Made by a program: the position numbers and the translations under genes. Shown piece after piece: positions 37,202 to 46,126 of a DNA stretch of 64,000 bases. The notes under the pieces were generated by a model. The model searched no databases. It was not told the DNA's origin and saw nothing but the letters and a program-made list of their open reading frames with translations. Source of the DNA: a virus (Duplodnaviria > Heunggongvirae > Uroviricota > Caudoviricetes); IMG/VR virus record IMGVR_UViG_3300029610_000240; one strand, given 5' to 3'. Numbering within the stretch: position 1 is the first letter of the stretch; each line of letters opens with the position of its first letter.

Positions 37202-38038
37202 ATGTCAAACAAAAAACTTATACTTTGTAAGTTTATATTTTTTATAGGAATGTGCATTTTATATTCATGTTCCTGGCAAGGACTTGAACTATATTTTTAT
37301 GGAAAAATTACTACAGAGGATTTTGATACAATACGGTGCATTACCATGTTGCCGGTATTCTGGAAGTTGACAAATTATTTTGCTACTTCGTTTATACAAA
37401 AGATTCACATTATACCACTTCCTGGGCAGGAAAGAGAATTTTCTCACAAACGATTAGAAGTTTTTGCTACAAGATGTGCTACATATTTAGGTATTTGGGC
37501 TTTGTTAGAGGTAATGTTTTTCAAGAGTTATAAACATCAGATTGTAGAATTAATAATGCTTTTCGTTTTTGGCGGTTTAGTTTGGATTGTATCAAAATAT
37601 AGCCTTCTATCAGCAATCATGGGAAGTGCTAATACAGGTAAATCAAATCTTGTGAATAGATTTAATAAATTGAATCTAAGAGATATTTATATGATTTATA
37701 AAGATCATAACGAATATTCAATGTATATATATGATCCGAAAGATAAAGATGACGAATTTATTGGATTCCAGATTGCTTATTTCCGTTTTGAGTTTTTAAA
37801 TCTTACTAAAACGCAAAGGAATATCATTCAAGAAGTGCTTGATCGAGCATACAGTGATCATTCATTTGAGCTAGTTGAAATTATCATGGCTCTACGTAGT
37901 ATTCATATTGCTTATTATCTGACTTTTGCCCCAACATCGGATATGTCAGGAGAAGTAGCTGTGTATACTTATGCTTCATCATTTCTTCCATTTTATAAAC
38001 GATGCATTGAAGCAAAATTATATAAACCGATAAGATGA
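37202..38038 (+). CDS. multi-pass membrane protein
   Basis: 278-aa ORF with RBS GGAAGGGAG and several hydrophobic helices. Confidence 0.55.
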   Translation: MSNKKLILCKFIFFIGMCILYSCSWQGLELYFYGKITTEDFDTIRCITMLPVFWKLTNYFATSFIQKIHIIPLPGQEREFSHKRLEVFATRCATYLGIWALLEVMFFKSYKHQIVELIMLFVFGGLVWIVSKYSLLSAIMGSANTGKSNLVNRFNKLNLRDIYMIYKDHNEYSMYIYDPKDKDDEFIGFQIAYFRFEFLNLTKTQRNIIQEVLDRAYSDHSFELVEIIMALRSIHIAYYLTFAPTSDMSGEVAVYTYASSFLPFYKRCIEAKLYKPIR

Positions 38039-38340
38039 TAATATAAAGAGGTGTAAAGATGTTTATGTTAGGAACTGGATTTTTCTTTTTTGTTTTCTGA
38101 TTGCAATTGGATATTTTTTGTACAAGTATTTTTCTCATTTTGGAGTTAACATACTTTCTGTAACGTTTCTAATTGTTATGTCCATTTTTTATTATTTCTT
38201 CATTTGTTTTGCCAAAACTTTGGAATGCCGGAGTTAATTCACCAGAACAATTTGTATTGGAATGCCAGAATGAAAAATAAATATCAGAAGAAATAACCTT
38301 TATATTTTTTTGAAATATGATATAATATAGTTGTATTTTT

Positions 38341-38421
38341 TATTAGATTTTAGAATTCCTATTAGAAGGATTCTGGACTTTATTAGACTTTGGAAATTCC
38401 ATTAGGGAAGTGCTGAACTTT
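38341..38421 (+). repeat. two tandem ~40-bp repeats downstream of an extended -10 promoter
   Basis: TTATTAGATTTTAGAATTCCTATTAGAAGGATTCTGGACT and TTATTAGACTTTGGAAATTCCATTAGGGAAGTGCTGAACT. TGATATAAT lies at about 38318..38326. Confidence 0.6.
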
Positions 38422-38611
38422 TTAAAGAAAAACTTAAATAGAAACTTAATAACCAATTTAGGATGTAAATTTAGCAATTACTTTAGTATTGCGTATTTTT
38501 ACATCCTTTTTTATTTTACAAAGGAGGAAAATAAATGTAAAACATAATGGATAAACGTGTAATGTTGCGTATTTTTTAACAGTATGCTACTCTAAAAGAA
38601 AGGAAATAACG

Positions 38612-39127
38612 ATGGACATAATAAATAAATTAAACAAGAAAGGCAATGTTACTATGGAAGATATTTTATATCATGGAAGTAAAATGATTGTTTCTGAGCC
38701 AGAAATAAGAAAATCACGATTTACAAAAGATTTTTCGTGGGGATTTTATTGTACTAATCGAAGGAAACAAGCTGAAATTTGGTCAGTTCGTCATTGCGAA
38801 ACAGGATACGTCAGTGTTTATAAATTTCATAAGAGAAATGATTTAAAAATCAAAGTCTTTTCTACGACAGATGCAGAATGGTTAGATTTTGTTGCAAAAT
38901 GCAGAAATGGAGATATTCATGAATATGACATTGTAGAAGGCCCTATGGCGGATGATACTATTTACAATTATGTAGAGGATTATCTTGATGGGAAAATTTC
39001 GAAAGATGATTTTTTACAGTTGGCAAAATTCAAACATCCAACACATCAAATATCTTTTCATACCATTAAAGCATTGTCTTGTCTTGAATTTTTAAATGCA
39101 GAGGAGGTGCATGATGAAGGTCAATGA
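38612..39127 (+). CDS. DUF3990-like protein
   Basis: ILYHGSKMIVSEPEIRKSRFTKDFSWGFYCT matches my memory of DUF3990. It overlaps its usual partner gene. Confidence 0.5.
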   Translation: MDIINKLNKKGNVTMEDILYHGSKMIVSEPEIRKSRFTKDFSWGFYCTNRRKQAEIWSVRHCETGYVSVYKFHKRNDLKIKVFSTTDAEWLDFVAKCRNGDIHEYDIVEGPMADDTIYNYVEDYLDGKISKDDFLQLAKFKHPTHQISFHTIKALSCLEFLNAEEVHDEGQ

Positions 39128-39539
39128 AAATGATTTATTTTATATTTGTTCTTTGATTGAGTCTGTATCGAGAAAATCCGGAAATAGTAAGGCTGATATT
39201 GTTGATACACTTGGAGAAAAAAAGCTTCGACGTTTGTATCGATTTGCCAATATCAATCACTGTTTGCCAATAGAACAGGTTACACAAGAAGTAATTGAGG
39301 ATAATCAGATTGTATGTCAAGAAAAGATTTCTCAGAGTCGCAAGCAATCCGTATGGGATTCTGGTCATATATATCAAAGATTGATTGTAGATACGATGAA
39401 TGGGAATGATTGGCTATCAAAAATGAAAGAGATATATCATTCCTGGATCTGCAAATATTTAGACAACGATAAGAAGCCTATCTACTGGCAACCTCGCAGC
39501 TATATACGAGAATGCTATTTACAGCAGAAAATTTTGTAA
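39111..39539 (+). CDS. DUF3791-like protein
   Basis: ATG at 39111 behind GAGGAGG. Overlapping pair with the DUF3990-like gene. Confidence 0.45.
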   Translation: MMKVNENDLFYICSLIESVSRKSGNSKADIVDTLGEKKLRRLYRFANINHCLPIEQVTQEVIEDNQIVCQEKISQSRKQSVWDSGHIYQRLIVDTMNGNDWLSKMKEIYHSWICKYLDNDKKPIYWQPRSYIRECYLQQKIL

Positions 39540-39804
39540 TAATAGTGGAACTTAAGAATCATTGATGATTCAGTGTATTCGGGTAAAATGGAGTCCATGT
39601 TAGGATATCCCAAGGAACCCCTCTGTACGGCAATACGGAGGGGTTTATTTTTGTATTATAATAAAATGATATGCAAATGTTATAATTTATGTTATAATAT
39701 ATATAGTGAGTTCGTGCATATATTAATATGTACGAACTTTTTGTATATGGGCATTCTGTATAAACAGAGTGCCTTTTTTCATGTCTAAAATTAGGAGGAT
39801 AACA

Positions 39805-40899
39805 ATGAGAAAAAGAAGAATTGCAGTAGAGTTGTTTGCAATGATGATCGCGGTTACCGGTGTATTTCATGGAAGTATGAATGTTAATGCAGCGACAAAA
39901 AAGATTACCGTAGATCAAACATATGAAAATGCAACGAAAATCAAGGGAAAAACCAAAAAGGGATGTGTTGTTAAGGTAAAAATCGGGAAAAAGACATATC
40001 AATCCAAAGTAAACAAGAAAGGAAACTATAGTGTTAAGGTTTCTAAATTAAAACTTGGAAAGAAATATACTATGACTGCATATCAGAAGAAAAAGGTATA
40101 TGCGAAAAAGAGTTTTTATGCAGAAACAAAGAATATCAAAGTAAATGCATTTACAGAAAATGATCATATTTTTTCTGGATATGCTCCATCCAAAGCATAC
40201 ATTGTATTAAAATGCAGCGGAAAATCATATACGACAACAGCCAGCGTATCAGGATATTGGAAAATTGATACGAAAAAGCCGCTTGGAAGAAATCGTATTG
40301 AAATGAAAGTTTATAAAAAAGGAAAAGTTATTGCGAAGTATTGGAAAGAATATCAGAAAGAATCATCCGTAACGGATAAAAATGATGATCAAAACAATGC
40401 AGCATCCGCTGTACATAAGCATTTATATAATATTCCTGTATATAAAACCGTTCATTTTGATGAAGCAGGTCATTATGAGACAATCATAAGCTCAGGATCT
40501 TATTATGAAAAAGAAGTTTCTCACGACATCTGTGATACATGTGTGAAAGATCTTACGCAGGAATATATCAATGGGATAAAAGATGGGACTTATAAAAAAG
40601 TTGAGATTCCAAAGAATGATGAGAATACAAGTAGCTCTAAAAGTCGAGACATTCTTGACGATTATAAAGAAATTCGATGGAGTAATGATATGCCACTATA
40701 TGAAGATTTTATCGCATATGGTGGATGGAATCATACATGTTCCGATCATAAACTAACAGAGCAAACAGAAACAATTATGGCGTATTTTCCTGGGGCTATT
40801 CGTAAGGATTGGATTGTGGATCAGAAAGCTCATGATGAGCAAGTTGTAATCGGATACCAATGTAGTTGTGGAGACATCCATAAAGTAGAAAATAATTAG
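39805..40899 (+). CDS. secreted protein with bacterial Ig-like repeats
   Basis: ATG at 39805 behind AGGAGGA. Signal peptide ending NVNA. Repeated K-rich beta modules: KIKGKTKKGCVVKVKIGKKTYQSKVNKKGNYSVKV. Confidence 0.65.
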   Translation: MRKRRIAVELFAMMIAVTGVFHGSMNVNAATKKITVDQTYENATKIKGKTKKGCVVKVKIGKKTYQSKVNKKGNYSVKVSKLKLGKKYTMTAYQKKKVYAKKSFYAETKNIKVNAFTENDHIFSGYAPSKAYIVLKCSGKSYTTTASVSGYWKIDTKKPLGRNRIEMKVYKKGKVIAKYWKEYQKESSVTDKNDDQNNAASAVHKHLYNIPVYKTVHFDEAGHYETIISSGSYYEKEVSHDICDTCVKDLTQEYINGIKDGTYKKVEIPKNDENTSSSKSRDILDDYKEIRWSNDMPLYEDFIAYGGWNHTCSDHKLTEQTETIMAYFPGAIRKDWIVDQKAHDEQVVIGYQCSCGDIHKVENN

Positions 40900-40986
40900 A
40901 ATATTAACATATTAAAAAAGGCATTCCGCTTATTGAACGGAGTGTCTTTTTTTGTGCGTAGACTTATTTAGAAGGACTCAATAATA

Positions 40987-43065
40987 ATGATAAAAATGGG
41001 ATTTAATAAGGGATTTGTTAACGATAAATGTAAAAAGGAGCATAACAAGAAATTTAAGTGTTTGTTTATGGGAATGAAAAAAATTGCTGTAGTAAATCTG
41101 GCTGCTGCCGGAGCAATGATCACAATTCCTGGACTATTTTCAGATTGCAATGTTATGGCCAATCAAAAAGTAAAATTATCCATAGGGAAAAATAAATTGG
41201 TCAATAAATCTAAATACGGTTATCTTCAAGTAGCCACACAGAAAAATTCAAACAGTCAAGGTTATCGTTCAGTAAATAGCAGAAAAATGACAACAGCTTA
41301 TCATTTACCTTCATCTTATGGTTCTACATCAAAAGCTGTAAAAAATCAGCTGCCTTGGGGAACATGTTGGATATTTTCAGCTATCGGCACAATGGAATAT
41401 ACTGCAGATAAGAAGGAATCATCAGATCATATCTTTTCAGAAGAAGAAATGCTTCGTTCATTTACAAAGAAATCAAATGTCGGATGGCAATTAACGAATA
41501 AAAATGATGGTGGTAACGAAGAGATGTCCGCGGGATATCTTGTATCGCACGGAGCTGTTAGCAGTGATATTCCATATGATACGAAAAATGTATTGATGGA
41601 ATTGACATATATAAGTCATGAGCAAAGCCAATCTGCGTATCGAGCTACAGATATAAAGTTTTTTCAAAAGAATTATAATCAGGATCAAACATTAACTGAT
41701 AATTATATCAATGAGGTAAAGCAGGCAGTTTATAACAACGGCAGTGTTTTAACTCTTGCAAATTGGAATTATCTTTATATCAAAGGTAATTCTATGAACA
41801 GTATTAATAGCAATGCTAGGGATAACCTTAATCATGCCGTTGTAATCGTTGGATGGGATGATAATTATGATAAATCGAACTTCTTGCAGAAGCCTAAAAA
41901 TAATGGTGCCTTCCTCGTTCGAAACAGCTGGGGAACTAATGATCATGGATATTACTGGGTATCTTATGAGGATAAATCAATTGTACCAACATATACAATT
42001 CAAGATTATGAAAAAACAGCATCAAATGAGAGAATTTATAATTTAGAAGAAGGTGCTTTATGTTCTACAGTAGCGATCAATAAAAAAACGGCCGGATTTG
42101 TAAATATATTTTCATTAAAGGGAAAAGAACAACTTGATAAAATAAGTTTTTATACGTCTAATGTTGGAGCAGAGTATCAGATATATTATGTTCCTTTAGA
42201 TCAGGATGGAAATTTGGATCTGAATGGTATGAAAGCAATTTCTGAATCTGGAACAGTGAATTATGAGGGATATTATACGAAACAAATCAAATCACCGATT
42301 ATTAAGCAGGGAAAAGTTGCGATTATGGTTGTAATTAAATCTTCTGGAAAAAATACATCAATGGGTGCTGAGGGAACGTATGATGCTGCATCCGCAAAAT
42401 ATTATGTTCCATCTATTTCTAAAGGAGAATCCTATTTAGTTACCGATTATGGTTCTCAGGATTCATATAAAGAAAATTATGGGAATTGGACGATTAAGCT
42501 AACAACACGAAATGCAAATGATAAATCAGTAACACAAGATAACAAAATACAGAATATAAAGAAAGAGATTACGGAGAAAGATTTAGGACTTCATTCAACC
42601 TCTGATTTAGAGCTTGATGCTGGTAATGTTGTGTATAACGGAAAAAGTAAAAAGCCCAATACGATTGTAACAACAGATAATGATGAATTATTAGATTTAA
42701 ACGATGATTATTATGCGGTATATAAAAATAATAAAAATATAGGATTGGCTACAGTTACAATTAAAGGCAAAAGTTTTTTTGTTGGTTCTAAGACAAAAAA
42801 GTTCTGGATTCATCCAGATAAGGTTAAATCCTTAAAAGTAAAACAAAAAAGAAACATAACCACAATTCGATTCAGAAAGAATAAAGGCGGAGTTACTGGT
42901 TATAGAATTAAGTATTCTACAAGAAGAGATATGAAACATTGCAAATATATTATGACGAAGAAGAATGTCTGTAAGATTAAGAATCGTCACAAATTATATG
43001 TTAGAGTTAAAGCTTATAAACAGGTTGGAACGAAAAAGGTATATTCTGTTAAATGGGCAAAATGA
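40987..43065 (+). CDS. secreted papain-like (C1 family) cysteine peptidase with C-terminal beta-domains
   Basis: Catalytic Cys context QLPWGTCWIFSAIG, His NHAVVIVGWDD, Asn/Trp VRNSWG. The start is possibly the Met at 41068, just before the signal peptide. Confidence 0.8.
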   Translation: MIKMGFNKGFVNDKCKKEHNKKFKCLFMGMKKIAVVNLAAAGAMITIPGLFSDCNVMANQKVKLSIGKNKLVNKSKYGYLQVATQKNSNSQGYRSVNSRKMTTAYHLPSSYGSTSKAVKNQLPWGTCWIFSAIGTMEYTADKKESSDHIFSEEEMLRSFTKKSNVGWQLTNKNDGGNEEMSAGYLVSHGAVSSDIPYDTKNVLMELTYISHEQSQSAYRATDIKFFQKNYNQDQTLTDNYINEVKQAVYNNGSVLTLANWNYLYIKGNSMNSINSNARDNLNHAVVIVGWDDNYDKSNFLQKPKNNGAFLVRNSWGTNDHGYYWVSYEDKSIVPTYTIQDYEKTASNERIYNLEEGALCSTVAINKKTAGFVNIFSLKGKEQLDKISFYTSNVGAEYQIYYVPLDQDGNLDLNGMKAISESGTVNYEGYYTKQIKSPIIKQGKVAIMVVIKSSGKNTSMGAEGTYDAASAKYYVPSISKGESYLVTDYGSQDSYKENYGNWTIKLTTRNANDKSVTQDNKIQNIKKEITEKDLGLHSTSDLELDAGNVVYNGKSKKPNTIVTTDNDELLDLNDDYYAVYKNNKNIGLATVTIKGKSFFVGSKTKKFWIHPDKVKSLKVKQKRNITTIRFRKNKGGVTGYRIKYSTRRDMKHCKYIMTKKNVCKIKNRHKLYVRVKAYKQVGTKKVYSVKWAK

Positions 43066-43252
43066 TTGTTATTATAACAGATAAAATATAACATTATATC
43101 ATAATTCAAATAAAAAAATTCGGTTTATAAAACCCATTTTTTTCGATAAAAATCATAAACAATAAATAAAGGTCCGGTATCACAGACGGAATTCTCATGG
43201 ATGAGAAATGTAACCATCAATATGCAGATTAGAAATAAGAAAGGACAGAAGT

Positions 43253-43600
43253 ATGTCAGGAATTAACATGGAGACAATCAAAACATTAGAAATGATCAAT
43301 ATGCTTGTACAAAAAGCAAAAAATGGAGTAAAGCCATTTTCAGAAGCCACATTAGAAAATATGGATAACTATATTTTTTATGATGAAAAAGCCGAAACTG
43401 AAAATGGATTCCCGATTGTACATGGCATGATGGTGGATGAAGATCATCATGATGTACTGTCAACATTAGACCAGTATATCAACAGTGACGATGAATATAC
43501 TGTCAGAGTAAGATTCGATGAAGACGATTACATGTACATCGAATTTCAGTTAGATGATGGCATCATTGAGATCGATGAAAATGGATGGTATGTTGCCTAA
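43253..43600 (+). CDS. hypothetical acidic protein
   Basis: 115-aa ORF with RBS AAAGGACAG. Confidence 0.5.
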   Translation: MSGINMETIKTLEMINMLVQKAKNGVKPFSEATLENMDNYIFYDEKAETENGFPIVHGMMVDEDHHDVLSTLDQYINSDDEYTVRVRFDEDDYMYIEFQLDDGIIEIDENGWYVA

Positions 43601-43699
43601 ATCTAAAAAAAGATAGTGTTTAATATTTTTAGACAGATTCATTGGATGTATAAGAAATGTAAATAATCATCCGTTATTATCCATATCATATACAAAATG

Positions 43700-43847
43700 T
43701 GTATTTTGTGTAAAATGTGTTAAAAACATAATTGCCACAAATGATGATATGTGATACAATTTCATGGTAACATATGAATTGCACTCTGATGCAACGTAGT
43801 ATGTGATAAAGTTATGCTCGCATGAGACGAGATCTGCCGGGTGGCAG
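43700..43847 (+). ncRNA. degenerate tracr-like scaffold (module X)
   Basis: Repeat-like ATTTTGTGTAAAATGTG..ATTGCCACAAATGATG. Shortened nexus GTATGTGATAAAGTTATG. Intact hairpins CTCG-CATGAGA-CGAG (43817..43831) and CTGCC-GGGT-GGCAG (43834..43847). Confidence 0.45.
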
Positions 43848-43856
43848 AGGTAAAAA

Positions 43857-43880
43857 GGCCAGAGAATATCTGGTCTTTTT
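43857..43880 (+). terminator. rho-independent terminator after module X
   Basis: CCAGA-GAATAT-CTGG stem followed by TCTTTTT. Confidence 0.5.
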
Positions 43881-44159
43881 ACTTAAAAATAGAGTATTAT
43901 TTATTAGCATTTTCTGATATAATATAAGCAGTGTTAGAGAGATATATGTAACACCATCGTTTATTAGAAAAGAATATACAGGGAAATTGCATCATTTTAT
44001 ACAATTTCTAAAGCGAGAGGTATTCATATATCTCTCGTTTTTTTTATGTGAAGAGTATTCGATTGAATGCTCTTTTTTCTTTGTAATAATCTAAACGATT
44101 TGTTACAGATCATCTCCTGGCATGAGTAACAAAAAGCTAATATGAAAGGAAGATGCTCT

Positions 44160-45038
44160 ATGATGAAAGAAAAAGGACAATTCAAGAAAAAGTTTGTACA
44201 GAAGATTGCTACAATTATGATGGCAGCAGCTATGGTTGTGAGTGGTGGATTTGGAGTTGCACCAGCAGCGGATCATTCAGTATCCGTATATGCAACAGAT
44301 AATGCATATCGTGGTTATCATGTAACTTCTACGAAGACGGAAAAGAAACCTGCGACCTCATCTACAAAGAAAAGCAAGTTGTCAAAAAATCATGCAAACA
44401 AAACAACAAAAACAGTAACAACTACGACAACTAGCACAGGTTACAAGCATGTTGTTGCAAAAGACACGAAAACTGTAACAAAGACTGTCGTAACTACAAC
44501 AAAGGTATATTACAAAAAGACCTTAACAACAACTGTAAAAAAACAGGTAACTGTAACGACAACAACGATCAATTATCTGAGAAGCGGTAATCCAGATTAT
44601 ATGAAATTAATGGGAACAGTAAATACTCAGATTCCTACAAAGGTGGGGAATGCAATGAAAGCAGATGGATTAAAAGTAGTCCTGAATCCTAATTTATCTT
44701 ATGATGGAGTATATTCTGCTTCCAGAAATTCCATTGAAATGAAAAATAATGTAGATTATGGTTTTATGCATGAAATTGGACACTATGTGGATCGTAAGAC
44801 AGGATATGTTTCAGGCAGTACAGAATTTAAAAATATCTTTAATTCTGAAAAATCCAAATACAAAGGATTTTATTCTGACTGGAATTTAGATAGTGGAAAT
44901 TATGCAAGAACAAGCACTTCTGATTATTTTGCAGAATGTTTTAGAGATTACTACTTTAGTGCAAACTCCAGAAGCAAGTTAAAAGCAAATTGTCCTAAAT
45001 CTTATAGTTTTATTCAGAAAACAATCAATAAGTTCTAA
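44160..45038 (+). CDS. secreted zinc metalloprotease, anthrax-lethal-factor/PPEP (M34)-like domain
   Basis: Signal peptide, T/K-rich linker, MHEIGHYVD and downstream SDYFAECFRDYYFS. Confidence 0.6.
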   Translation: MMKEKGQFKKKFVQKIATIMMAAAMVVSGGFGVAPAADHSVSVYATDNAYRGYHVTSTKTEKKPATSSTKKSKLSKNHANKTTKTVTTTTTSTGYKHVVAKDTKTVTKTVVTTTKVYYKKTLTTTVKKQVTVTTTTINYLRSGNPDYMKLMGTVNTQIPTKVGNAMKADGLKVVLNPNLSYDGVYSASRNSIEMKNNVDYGFMHEIGHYVDRKTGYVSGSTEFKNIFNSEKSKYKGFYSDWNLDSGNYARTSTSDYFAECFRDYYFSANSRSKLKANCPKSYSFIQKTINKF

Positions 45039-45131
45039 ACAATCAATATTAATTTATCTCAGGAGTCAGTAAGCAGATGCTTACTGGCTCTTTTAGTATA
45101 CAGAAAAAAATGAGGAGAAGAACACGAAACA

Positions 45132-45959
45132 ATGGAAAACAAAAATAACATAAGCAAGTTAACAAAAATCTTATTTGTTGCACTAGCAATGGGAATGATC
45201 TTGATTTCCCCATATCAATTATGCAATGTGGCAGCAGCTGATAAATACTATGGATACCAGAAGAAAACAAAGAGTGTAAAAACAAAGATAACAGCATCTA
45301 AAAAGAAAGTACGTATAAAAAAGAAATATAGAGGAACAAGAACCACAAAAAATGTTGAAAGCAAATGGTCTGATTCTTATAAATATACATATGGAGATGC
45401 AAAAAAGATACATATAAAGACAGTTATAACCACTCAAAAAACATATCACGGATATTTTATTACGACAAAGCGAAATATTAAAACGACAACTACAGAAAAT
45501 AAAATCAATTTTGTTCGCAATCAGAAGAAAGTTAGTTTTAATGGCCGAATTCCAAGTAATGTACAGAAACAATTGAATAGTGAAAAAATACAGATCGTCA
45601 TAAATCCAAAATTGAAACATAATGGAATCTTTTCTCTGAAAGATAAGAAAATATCCATAAAATATAACTCCGACTATGTTTTATTACATGAAATAGGACA
45701 TTTTGTAAATTACAAAAATGGTGATGCTGCACATAGTTCAGAATTTTATAATATCTACTTAAAAGAAAGAAGTAAATATCGTGGATTCTATAACGATTAT
45801 TATGAAAAGTTAGACCTTGGAAAATATGAAAGAACTACTCCTGCGGAATATTTTGCCGGAGCATATCGGGATTATTATTTTAGCAAAGATTCTCGGAATC
45901 GATTAAAAAAATATTGTCCAAATACTTATAATTTTATTACTAAATACCATTTTATTTAA
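45132..45959 (+). CDS. secreted zinc metalloprotease, paralogue of 44160..45038
   Basis: Signal peptide, LHEIGHFVN and AEYFAGAYRDYYFS. Confidence 0.6.
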   Translation: MENKNNISKLTKILFVALAMGMILISPYQLCNVAAADKYYGYQKKTKSVKTKITASKKKVRIKKKYRGTRTTKNVESKWSDSYKYTYGDAKKIHIKTVITTQKTYHGYFITTKRNIKTTTTENKINFVRNQKKVSFNGRIPSNVQKQLNSEKIQIVINPKLKHNGIFSLKDKKISIKYNSDYVLLHEIGHFVNYKNGDAAHSSEFYNIYLKERSKYRGFYNDYYEKLDLGKYERTTPAEYFAGAYRDYYFSKDSRNRLKKYCPNTYNFITKYHFI

Positions 45960-46126
45960 AATATTGTAATTTTGTAATAAATATATATTAATGTGGGGGC
46001 ATTACATAAATAATGAAATAAAAAGGCGTATTATATTGAAAAAAGTATCAAAAAGTGTTAGCATATTACATATAGACAAGAGAATTCAGAAAAACAAAAT
46101 GTGTATTTTATAAGGAGGATACTTAC

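Noticed and set aside
38341-38421. Tandem 40-bp repeats considered as a tenth guide module
   Set aside because: There is no anti-repeat, nexus (AATAAGAAnTTATCGAA) or CTGCC/GGCAG hairpin downstream. Reported separately as an unexplained repeat.
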